DNA of 64,000 bases. Origin: a virus. The stretch is from IMG/VR virus record IMGVR_UViG_3300001750_000005; one strand, written 5' to 3'. Positions 54,735 through 64,000 of the stretch are shown in pieces; position 1 is the first letter of the stretch, and each line of letters begins with the position of its first letter. The notes below the pieces were generated by a model that saw nothing but the letters and a program-made list of their open reading frames with translations, did no database searches and was not told where the DNA came from. The position numbers were made by a program, and so were the translations under genes.

Positions 54735-55434
54735 CCCTTGGGTAGATATGTCTTAAACAAAGGAGAATATAATGGAAGTAGTGTTAGTCACTAAAGGTAT
54801 TAATGACATAGTAGGTTTTGCGACTGTAAAGGTATTTAATAATACGATGGCAGCGCTAGACTTTATCGACGAGGTGAACACAGGTAAAAAAAGAGAATGG
54901 ACTGAAGCCATAATGATTGCTCTTGATGAAGAAGTAGAGCTTCTACAGCCAAGCTACTTTATTTAAAAAATAGGGGAAGATAATGAGTAATTATAACAAA
55001 AAGAGGATAACAATATGCATAAACCAAAACAATTAGATAAAGGAATTGTTGAAATGTGGTGGAACTCTGTTAAAGATAATCAATATTGGAGTGGCTCAAT
55101 AGTTAATCTCACTTGGAATCAATTGTGGGATGAAGCAAAAGAGGAACTTTATCAAATAGCCAATAAACTGGAGGAGTTAAACCATGCCACCAAAAACAAC
55201 TAAAGCGCGGATAATGGAAAAATACATTAAAAATTGCTTAACTTGTTCCTATTGGATTGGCGATAAAGATAAAACTTTATTTAAAAAATAGGAGAAGATA
55301 ATGAGTAATTATAATGTGCATAAAGAAACATTTTTTCAGTCTGCCGATGATGGGGTGCCTTCAACATGTTATTGTCTAAAATAGGATAGAGGAAATCGAT
55401 AAGCAATACTTAATAAAATGTGGGAATTATTTAA

Positions 55435-56136
55435 GTGCTAAATGAATTAAGTCTATTTTCGGGAGCTGGCGGAGGGTTGCTTGGCACCAGCCTTTTAGGG
55501 TTTACTCATGTCGGCTATGTTGAAAAAGAAGAGTATAATCAAAAAATTATAGCGCAAAGAATAAAAGAAGGGTATTTAAATGCTGCACCAATCTACAACG
55601 ATATCGAAACATTCAATGATCGGGGATACGCCGACGAGTATAAGGGCATGGCTGAACTGGTTACAATTGGATTCCCCTGTCAGCCACATTCAACAGCGTC
55701 AAGAGGAAAGAGTCCAAAAGATACTATGTGGACTCATGCCGCCGAAACCGTTAAACGAGTACAGCCTACATTCGTGCTATGTGAGAACGTATCAAAACGG
55801 GCAATTGAAATGGCAGAGAGAGACCTACACGCAATGGGTTATTTTACCAGAAAGACTAAAATCTCCGCGAAAGACTTGGGTGCAGACCATAACAGAATCA
55901 GATATTGGTTACTTGCATACACCGACCACGAAAGCGAATTATTGTGCGGACAGCATGCAGAAATGGAAAAGCTGCCTCTTATACAAACGAGTGTTTGGGA
56001 GACCTTCCCCGATTATTCAGGAATGGTTGATGGGGATGCCAATAGGGTGGACAGATTTAAAGCCGCTGGAAACGCACAAATACCAGCAATGGTTGTCGCA
56101 GCATGGTATACGCTAACAATACCCCAGCTTGGTTAG
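55435..56136 (+). CDS. C5 DNA methyltransferase alpha (copy)
   Basis: Identical translation. Confidence 0.9.
   Translation: MLNELSLFSGAGGGLLGTSLLGFTHVGYVEKEEYNQKIIAQRIKEGYLNAAPIYNDIETFNDRGYADEYKGMAELVTIGFPCQPHSTASRGKSPKDTMWTHAAETVKRVQPTFVLCENVSKRAIEMAERDLHAMGYFTRKTKISAKDLGADHNRIRYWLLAYTDHESELLCGQHAEMEKLPLIQTSVWETFPDYSGMVDGDANRVDRFKAAGNAQIPAMVVAAWYTLTIPQLG
55580..56116 (+). CDS. Overlapping methyltransferase beta-like ORF (copy)
   Basis: Identical translation. Confidence 0.6.
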   Translation: MLHQSTTISKHSMIGDTPTSIRAWLNWLQLDSPVSHIQQRQEERVQKILCGLMPPKPLNEYSLHSCYVRTYQNGQLKWQRETYTQWVILPERLKSPRKTWVQTITESDIGYLHTPTTKANYCADSMQKWKSCLLYKRVFGRPSPIIQEWLMGMPIGWTDLKPLETHKYQQWLSQHGIR

Positions 56137-56787
56137 ATATACATTAAACAAAAGAGAGGTTATTATGAAAATATCAATACCTACTAGAAAGCTTAAAGAT
56201 ATAGGGGAACTTGATACCATGAAATTATTACCAACGGTCGGAAGAATAAGAGCAGGAATGAAGACTATCTGTGATAGATGTAGAAAGCCTATTGAAGACG
56301 AGTTTTTTATTGCTGGCTTCAAGAAAGGTTTTCCGAACATGAAATTTCACGAAACCTGTATCAATAAAGATTAACAATCTATTATCTAAAACAGGAGGGA
56401 ATAATGCACAAACCAAGACGATTAGAATTAGCTGAAATACTTGACCATAATGGTTGGTTTGACGATGAGGTATTACTTGATCATTACAACAATCTAATAG
56501 AGGTAGTTAATAATCTTGTTGAATCACATAACAATGATATAAGAAATTCAGGCGCGGTAATATTATTCGAGGAGGAGTGATGTTAGAATTTAAAGAGGCA
56601 GCAAACAATAAGTGTATGCTAAGGGTTGTCCAATTAGGACAAGAATGCGCGATCGGGATGATTGATATAAATGACTATGGACATGGGATAAGATTTTATC
56701 CGCTTGAGGGTTCATATTCTTCTGGCGATTTAAAGCAAATAGCCGATAAACTAGATTCTTTGAATGGTCATACAGATGGATTAAACT

Positions 56788-57099
56788 TTGGAGAATGAAA
56801 TGTTAGAAGTCTTGAATTTTGAGAAAAAACAAAGCAAAAAAGAACAGGCGACAGAAATAATACAATTCCTTAACCTTAAAACGGGCAGACGATATAGGCC
56901 GACGCAGGTGAATTTAAATTTTATTTATGCTAGACTAAAAGAAGGATATACGATAGAAGAAATAAGAGCTGTTATAGCAATGAAAGTACGTGAATGGCAA
57001 TACGACGATTTAATGAGTAAATATTTAAGACCAGCAACGTTATTTAATAACGTAAACTTTAATCAATATGCAGGAGAATTAGGTGAAGACGTGTCCTGA
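56788..57099 (+). CDS. Conserved phage C-terminal domain replication protein (copy)
   Basis: Identical translation. Confidence 0.8.
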   Translation: MENEMLEVLNFEKKQSKKEQATEIIQFLNLKTGRRYRPTQVNLNFIYARLKEGYTIEEIRAVIAMKVREWQYDDLMSKYLRPATLFNNVNFNQYAGELGEDVS

Positions 57100-57701
57100 T
57101 TGTGGTAAACGATTAAAAGAACTACAGACTACTTGTATCTGTGGTTGGACGGAAGTTGTTAAGGAAACAAAAAAGTTATGTTTGTGCGGAGATATAATAT
57201 TTAAGGAAGGTAAATGTTTTTCATGTTACTATCCTTCAACAAGCAAAGAGACAAAACAAAGATTACATTTTAAACTGCTGGAGCTTAAAGAAAAATACGG
57301 ATTAAAATAACCTTTCCAGTAAATAAAAATATTCTATTAGACAGACAATAGAACAAGCGGATATTATAATAAATATTCTAGGTTTTAATGATGAACAGCC
57401 ACGTACAAGAATACAAAAGAAAGATTTGGCGTAACCTTGGAAACATGAAGGAAATAGTAAGCGCTTCAAATGACAAATGGACAACGGCAAAGTTTCTTTG
57501 GAGGCTTAAGACGGAAATGGGAGTAACATTTGAAAAAAACAGAAGATCGCAGGCACTGCATAGAGTGTAATGGGTATATTCGTAATGAATATTTCTATGA
57601 TGCATGGGTAAAAACTTTAGGAGGGTATATGTCAGGCAGAAGCCGGATCTGTGTAAAGTGCGAAAAAGAGAACTGGAATTGGGTATGGAGAATATTGTCT
57701 A

Positions 57702-58196
57702 ATGGATAATGCACAATTAATAAATCAAGATAGCGGTGACTACGAATGGTATACTCCGCCAGAGATATTGCAGAAAGTAAGAGAATTATATGGCGTTATT
57801 CAATTAGATCCAGCATCCAGTGAGCAAGCAAACAAAATAGTTAAGGCTGTAATGTTTTATACTGAAAATGGTCTTGAGCAAAATTGGTATGGTGATGTTT
57901 GGATGAATCACCCATTTAGCAGAGAGAATAATCCTTTATGGATCAATAAAGCTGTATCTGAATATGAATCAGGGCGAGTAAGACAATTAACTTGCATAAC
58001 TTATGCTGCAACATCAGAGAAATGGTTTAAACCATTAGTAGTGTTTCCACAATGCTATCTTTGCCCAAGGACAAATTATTATCTACCAGACGGAACAAAA
58101 AAGAAGGGGGTAACTAAAGGGTCTGTGATAACCTATATGGGACAGAATAAAGACAAATTCCGTAAATTATTTAAAGGTTATGGGTGGTTTAAATAA
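57702..58196 (+). CDS. Phage Dam-family adenine methyltransferase (copy)
   Basis: Identical translation. Confidence 0.8.
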   Translation: MDNAQLINQDSGDYEWYTPPEILQKVRELYGVIQLDPASSEQANKIVKAVMFYTENGLEQNWYGDVWMNHPFSRENNPLWINKAVSEYESGRVRQLTCITYAATSEKWFKPLVVFPQCYLCPRTNYYLPDGTKKKGVTKGSVITYMGQNKDKFRKLFKGYGWFK

Positions 58197-58534
58197 TGGA
58201 TAAAGAAAGAAAACAGCGCACTATCCTACAGAACAAAAGCCTGCATAAATATTGTGAGTTATTGGCCGAAGCCTTAAACGATGCAGGATACGAAATGAAA
58301 GCTGTTCTCGCCGTAAAGCAAGTCGATATACCATGGAATAAAGACAGAGTAAAAGGCGTGCTCTGGAAGCCGTTACAAGAGGCTATAACAGGAAAGGAAT
58401 CAACAACAGAACTTAACACCGTAGACCCGTCAGAGATATATGCTATACTCGATAGACATATCTCTCAAAACTTTGGGGTCCACGTCCCTTGGCCATGTGA
58501 AGAAAGTTTATACAGAGGAGATTATGATGTTTAA
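58196..58534 (+). CDS. NinB-like protein (copy)
   Basis: Identical translation. Confidence 0.6.
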   Translation: MDKERKQRTILQNKSLHKYCELLAEALNDAGYEMKAVLAVKQVDIPWNKDRVKGVLWKPLQEAITGKESTTELNTVDPSEIYAILDRHISQNFGVHVPWPCEESLYRGDYDV

Positions 58535-59960
58535 AAATAAAAGATTACAATACGCAGAGAAGAAAGCCGATAAGCTATCAGAATCTAATGATAGATTGGA
58601 GAAGGAAATCGAATCTTTAAGGGATGAAAAGATAAAACTCCACGAAAAGGTGGAAATCCTCAAGGTAGAGAAAAAGACCAGCGAAGAAGACATCAAGCAT
58701 ATGATGAGAAAGAAAGAGGAAATGCTTGAGCTTAAATTTCAGAAAAAAGAACTGGAAAATGAAAAGAAGAAAAATGATGAGGTAGCTAAGGTTAAAGATC
58801 AATACCGTGACAAGCTTGAAGTCAGGCTTGAGACAGAAGTTACAAATATCAAGGAAATGTATGGGCAAATTCTTGAGCGTTTACCTAATGTTAATGTGAA
58901 GATGAAAGGGGAAGTATGATGTCAGGTGGTCTTTTAGATCCATTGTATGGCGGACAGGCACAAATGGGCGGTTTAAATTCTGCTAGTATTATAGGCGAAT
59001 ATAAGCAAATGTCACTTATTATGGGCCAATATAAGAAAATGTCACTTGCGCAAGCGATGCGAAAAGCACAAGAACAGGCGTTTGGGTGGCCAACTATGGC
59101 GAGAGACTATGCAGAAGAAAAAGTAAAGCCTCCGCAATCCTTTCGTGAAGAACTCCAATCAGAGATAGACGAATGGTTAAAGTAACATGGGAAGTCAGAT
59201 ATGAAACACTCTTGTTAGAGCAGGCTAGTAAATTATTGGAGACCACAATATGAACAACAATTTAAGTACAGAAAAAGTGGAAATGGAGACAAATCCAAAA
59301 GCCATAGAATTAATTATTGAAGAAATATCATCACAAGTGGATGGGCTTCAACAAAGCGTAAAAAGATTGGCTGACATTGAAGAAAGATTACAAGGGCCAA
59401 CTCCAAAAACTCAAACGGAAGATATGTGTGAGCCTTCAAACGATTATTTAACAATGTTAAATAATCAAATCGAAAATTTAAAAACTGCTAATCGAGCAGC
59501 AGAATATATTATAAATAATATTGAGATAATCTTATGAAACCACAAATAGATGAAAAACGAATTAGGCAAATCAGATATAACCCTGAACTAGTTAAGTGTA
59601 TCTGGGTTATTATATTCGCAACTATTTTCTTAATCGGAATATCGGAGTGGCCATGCATTCAATAGAAGACATCAAACGGACTATCCCTCAGCATTGGCGA
59701 CAGGCCGCAACGGAGTACGAGAAAGGAAACGAAAAGGAAGCGTTAACCTTAATCTATATGGGGATAGATGCTGTAGACATATTAAAATCAAGAGAAATAG
59801 AAGCTGCTAGTTCTGTTAGCGGAATAGGAGAACAAGATTATTTCTAATATGAAAGAGCAGGGCTTGTTAAAAGATGATGTTGTAAAGATACTCCTTGAAG
59901 GCAAGCAATATAGGCAGAAAAGTTATTGAGGTAGAATAATGGACACATGGGATACACTCA

Positions 59961-60353
59961 GTGCTAAAATATTCAGAGAGAATATCGAAGCCTACGCGAT
60001 ATATTGGAGGGAGCGTGAGCCTACAGAAATTCAAATACATCAGATCGAAGAAAGCCCGGCAATCGGCCAAAGGCGAAGACTGTCTGATGAATGGCCCTAG
60101 CTGTAACTATAACCCGGAAACCACGGTATTGTGCCATAGCAACAAGCAATTGCATGGGAAGGGTTGGGGAATAAAGGCAAGTGATGAGTACAGCTTCTAC
60201 GGCTGTTCAGGGTGTAATATGTGGTTTGATTCTGTGTCTGCCCCAGAAGAAGAAAAAGAGCATTATTATCAAATCGCTCACGAAAGAACACAGGAAAAGT
60301 TTAAGGAGAAAGGATTATGGGAGGTTGTGATAAATGGTAATTATAGGAATTGA
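59961..60353 (+). CDS. DUF1364-family protein (copy)
   Basis: Identical translation. Confidence 0.75.
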   Translation: MLKYSERISKPTRYIGGSVSLQKFKYIRSKKARQSAKGEDCLMNGPSCNYNPETTVLCHSNKQLHGKGWGIKASDEYSFYGCSGCNMWFDSVSAPEEEKEHYYQIAHERTQEKFKEKGLWEVVINGNYRN

Positions 60354-60798
60354 TCCGGGAGTTACCGGAGCTATAGCCTTAAGATGGGAAGGATATTATG
60401 AGGTTTATGATATTCCATATACTGTTGCCGACAAAAAAGGAAAACGTAAACAAGTGAATCCGGTAGCGTTATGGGAATTGTTAAAAGTTCAAGCGCCAAA
60501 TCGCACTAGAGTTTTCTTGGAGAAGACGCACGCAATGCCAAAAAACGGGGTGATTGCCTCGTATTCTCAAGGCGATTCAAACGGCTGTATAAGATCTGTA
60601 TGTGCTTGTCTCGGTTTTCCAATAGAGCTAGTAACACCTCATGCATGGAAGAAATATTTTAAACTCGGAAAAGATAAAGAGGTAGTGAGAGCGAAAGCAA
60701 TAGAGGTATTTCCAAAAGCAGAACTACATTTAAAAAAACATCACAACAGAGCTGAGGCATTATTAATAGCTCAATATGGGATGGAAAATGAAACCTGA
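60334..60798 (+). CDS. RuvC-like resolvase (copy)
   Basis: Identical translation. Confidence 0.85.
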   Translation: MVIIGIDPGVTGAIALRWEGYYEVYDIPYTVADKKGKRKQVNPVALWELLKVQAPNRTRVFLEKTHAMPKNGVIASYSQGDSNGCIRSVCACLGFPIELVTPHAWKKYFKLGKDKEVVRAKAIEVFPKAELHLKKHHNRAEALLIAQYGMENET

Positions 60799-62460
60799 AT
60801 TACCAGAAAGAATATGGGAGCCAACTCGGATCATTGAGGTGGATGGGAAATATGGCCGGGAAGACTTGCAACTATGGGCCTCTCGCCCTGCTACGTTGCA
60901 AGACCAAAGTGACAGACGGGAATTTCTGAGGAAATGGGATGAGCGGAAATGAGCTAAAGCAAAAAGCAAATGAATTTTATGCTAAGGAAATATGGCAATC
61001 CAATGTTAAGAAGCGGGTGTACCTGGATTGGCGAGACTTATTTACCACAGAAATAAGGGGTATTTTTATTGGTGAATATGATAACCATACTGACGGTAGA
61101 GAGTTTTTTCTCGATGTTATCCAAAGGCTCAGAGAATATACGAAAGACTACGCTATTCCCACGAGCATGCAGAACATGACGATTGATTATGAGGATGAAT
61201 AATGCTAGATAACATAACAGAAGCTGTTCGGAAGACTAAATGCGATTGCGTAACAAACTGCGGAGACGATCCACGTGTAGAAAGAGGAGAGGTTGAACCA
61301 TGTAATATGAGGAAAAATATGGCAGTTTCAATTATGCTGGATGAGCTTGGAAAGATTGTCATAGAAGCTGCTCGATTATGGTCAAATAAGCCTAGTCTAT
61401 CTACTCTGCGCAACCTCGATGAGGCCGTAAAGAGGTATGAAAATTTTCTGGAGAAGCAATTGATTGGGAGGAATGATGGAGAATACTAGGTTAATTAAAA
61501 GCTATGTTTTCTATAAGGATAAATGTTGGTTTGTCAGTACTATAGACCGTGATTCATCAGCCCTTTATGGGGGGCGGTATGCAGAGACCTTAGTTTGGGA
61601 ATATAACTGGGACAAGGCTGAGAGAGGAAAAATTGTTGGTCAGGCTGACTCAGTATGGGGAGATATTTCAGCACATACGAATATGTGTGAATTAATATTC
61701 AACACAGGTGAAACAGATTTAGAGGAGGAATAATGGATGATCACATAACATCAGTAGTCTTAGGGAAGATAATAACCAGAGCGTCCGCAGGGAAGGTTAA
61801 ATATGGCGTAACAATGGAGCGGACAGACCTTACAAGAAAGGAATGGTTAAATCATGCTCAAGAGGAAGCAATGGATTTGTGTGTATACCTAGAAAAGCTA
61901 ATACAGGAGGAATGATGGATAAATTATATTATACGCAACCGGTGAATAATGGAGAATGGATATCAGTTAAAGAGAGATTGCCAGATAAGAATGATTATTA
62001 TATATGTATATACATAGACGATGAATCTGATCGAATGACAGATATTATGTTTTATAATAAAGGTATCAGGAAATTTATTGGACGTTTAGAAGTTGGTGAC
62101 GCAATGTATGGGGATGAGGTTACTCACTGGATGCCCATACCATCACTACCGGAGGAGCCATGAAAGACGAATCTATGAAAGAATTAAATAAAATGATAAG
62201 GGCATTTATTAATGATAATCATGGGAAAATAATCACTCATGCAGGAATGACTTATAAACTAAGAGTTCTTGCACAGAGGGCAATGAAATATCAGTTTGAC
62301 AAAGGCAGATCATTTGGAATGAAGGCGCGCAAAAATATAAGCAAGATTCCTAGATTTTATACTTTAAAAGACCTATCCGAAGAATTTGATAGAAACTTGA
62401 GTACGGTATATACGAGATTAGGATCCGGCCTAACTTTGAGAGAAGCATTAACGCGGCCTG

Positions 62461-63057
62461 TTGAGCCAAAAGACCATGAAGAAAAAAGGGTTTATTATGG
62501 AGACTAGAGAACCTTCAACACATTTAAACAGAGGGAAGAAGCCTGACGACAAATTAGAGCGAATATTAGAGCCGTGGGGGCTCTATCGGCAAAAGGGTGT
62601 CGATGGGCTTAGCTCTAAAAGAAAGTCACCCCTAGAGGGTTTCAATTGCCTTGAAACAGAGTTAACAGATCATATAGACAAAAAGAGAAAAGCGACAATA
62701 CGTGAAAATTTAATAGAAATTGGATATGGGAAAAAGAATCTTAATTATTGGGTGGAATTTTTTTATAAGATATGGAAGTATGGAATTTATGAGTTAAAAT
62801 TCCCAAAAGAGACTTTGTCAGCCAAACCATCAAATCCTTTGTATAACGGTGACAAGAGATATTCAAAAATAAATATAATACTATCATCCATTAATAGTCA
62901 TTATTATAATATTCTAATACAGAAATATGAAAACTTATGGGAAATAAGGGATTTTCAGATAAATTGGGGATGGTCAGGAAGCGTTGCCAGAAATAAGTTA
63001 AAAAGGGCGAGGGCAGCAGCCAAAAAAGCATTGCGGGAAAATGGATATAAAGTTTGA
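62461..63057 (+). CDS. Q-like regulator (copy)
   Basis: Identical translation. Confidence 0.5.
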   Translation: MSQKTMKKKGFIMETREPSTHLNRGKKPDDKLERILEPWGLYRQKGVDGLSSKRKSPLEGFNCLETELTDHIDKKRKATIRENLIEIGYGKKNLNYWVEFFYKIWKYGIYELKFPKETLSAKPSNPLYNGDKRYSKINIILSSINSHYYNILIQKYENLWEIRDFQINWGWSGSVARNKLKRARAAAKKALRENGYKV

Positions 63058-63082
63058 CAAAAACGTTATATAGAGCTATATT
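63054..63082 (+). promoter_or_regulatory. pR'-like promoter (copy)
   Basis: TTGACA-17 nt-TATATT. Confidence 0.85.
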
Positions 63083-63088
63083 TTCATT

Positions 63089-64000
63089 AGAATTTCCATT
63101 CCTGCCTGGGAAATTGTTAGCCGGTGAGATCGTTTACAGCCAATTGTACGATTAAGTCTCAGAAGTACGGCGTTTTATTCAACTTTACGAAACAATCGTA
63201 AAGTAGTACAGAGTTTGATGTTGTGGCGGAAGTTGCGGAATAGCTCACAGGACGCCATTTTAGGAACAATGCAGGTTGGTGACCGCTTTAAAAGATGGTA
63301 TAGCGAACTGTGACGGCACTTGATAGGCCAACGATATCAAGCCAACATCAAATACCCTAAGGATTGCGGATACGCGGTCGGGTGGGTTGCGAAGGTAAAG
63401 CTTCGCTTTGAGTCCCTGCCTCAGTAGTTTGTAGGGTGGAGGCGGCGGTAAAGCGCGCCAATTGAGGTACCAATGGTTAAATGTCAAAACGGTTAAAATC
63501 CGTAGACAGCCTTGACCGTCAAGCCCGGCGGTATATAAACGGGTATGATGTTATTATGTTCCCCGGTAAACTAGCTGCGATTTGTCATCGCATTGATGGG
63601 ATAACATAATAGGTAGGATTAATCCATTAACATCAAACCTGACCCCGATGGTATACGGGGAACTAACAACCAAAGAGAAAGGCCCTGATCCGGGGCGGAG
63701 CAGCTAGGGCCTCCAACCCTAGGGAGAGAGCAGAAAGGCACCTGTCTCCACTGTTCTAAGAAGGCTATGTGGAAATAGCTGGATTGGGACAGAGGATAAT
63801 ATTTAATTCACAGCATATGTGGTAACAAGTTTTTATATTGCGTACTGAGTCCCGTTACATAGTACGCCTAGCGTGAGAAACCTATGGTTAATATAAAATA
63901 TCCACCGTTGAGATAAAACGCGCAGCAGGTAATGACCGGAGAGTAATCGTCCGGGGCTAAAATATCTCTGTAATACGGTGGACCTTAACCCTGATAGTCG
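63089..64000 (+). ncRNA. Candidate giant structured RNA (copy, truncated by the window end)
   Basis: Same sequence as 22324-23235. Confidence 0.7.

Larger units (their letters stand above)
40766..64000. repeat. Second copy of window 1-23235
   Basis: Constant offset of 40765 for all ORFs. Confidence 0.98.

Noticed and set aside
40766-64000. Biological tandem prophage duplication
   Set aside because: No integrase, att sites, host flanks or observed divergence; a circular-contig overrun is simpler.

Overview
The window holds one complete phage genome of 40,765 bp plus a repeat of its first 23,235 bp. Positions 1-23,235 recur at 40,766-64,000; the ORF translations are identical and my nucleotide spot checks matched. 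This is most likely a circular or concatemeric contig read past its end. The phage is a tailed dsDNA phage with a P22-like podovirus virion module: TerS, TerL, portal, scaffold, major capsid, head-completion and tail-hub proteins, three ejection proteins and two receptor-binding proteins. Its early region is lambdoid in layout: divergent PL/PR promoters sharing one operator, a Cro-like HTH, a Rad52-type annealase, an SSB-like protein, HNH and GIY-YIG nucleases, two methyltransferases, NinB-like and RuvC-like proteins, and a Q-like protein. I could not recognise an integrase, CI repressor, helicase or endolysin. A PagP-like outer-membrane protein suggests a Gram-negative host. The most striking unexplained feature is a non-coding block of about 1.15 kb (22,324-23,505) behind a near-consensus sigma70 promoter. 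It is packed with long-range helices, T-loop-like hairpins, repeated modules and a triple-crossing pseudoknot, and is a candidate giant structured ncRNA. Other points of interest are a two-frame C5 methyltransferase, a sulfotransferase-like gene in the head module, and further structured RNA candidates. All family assignments come from motifs recognised by eye; no database searches or folding programs were run.
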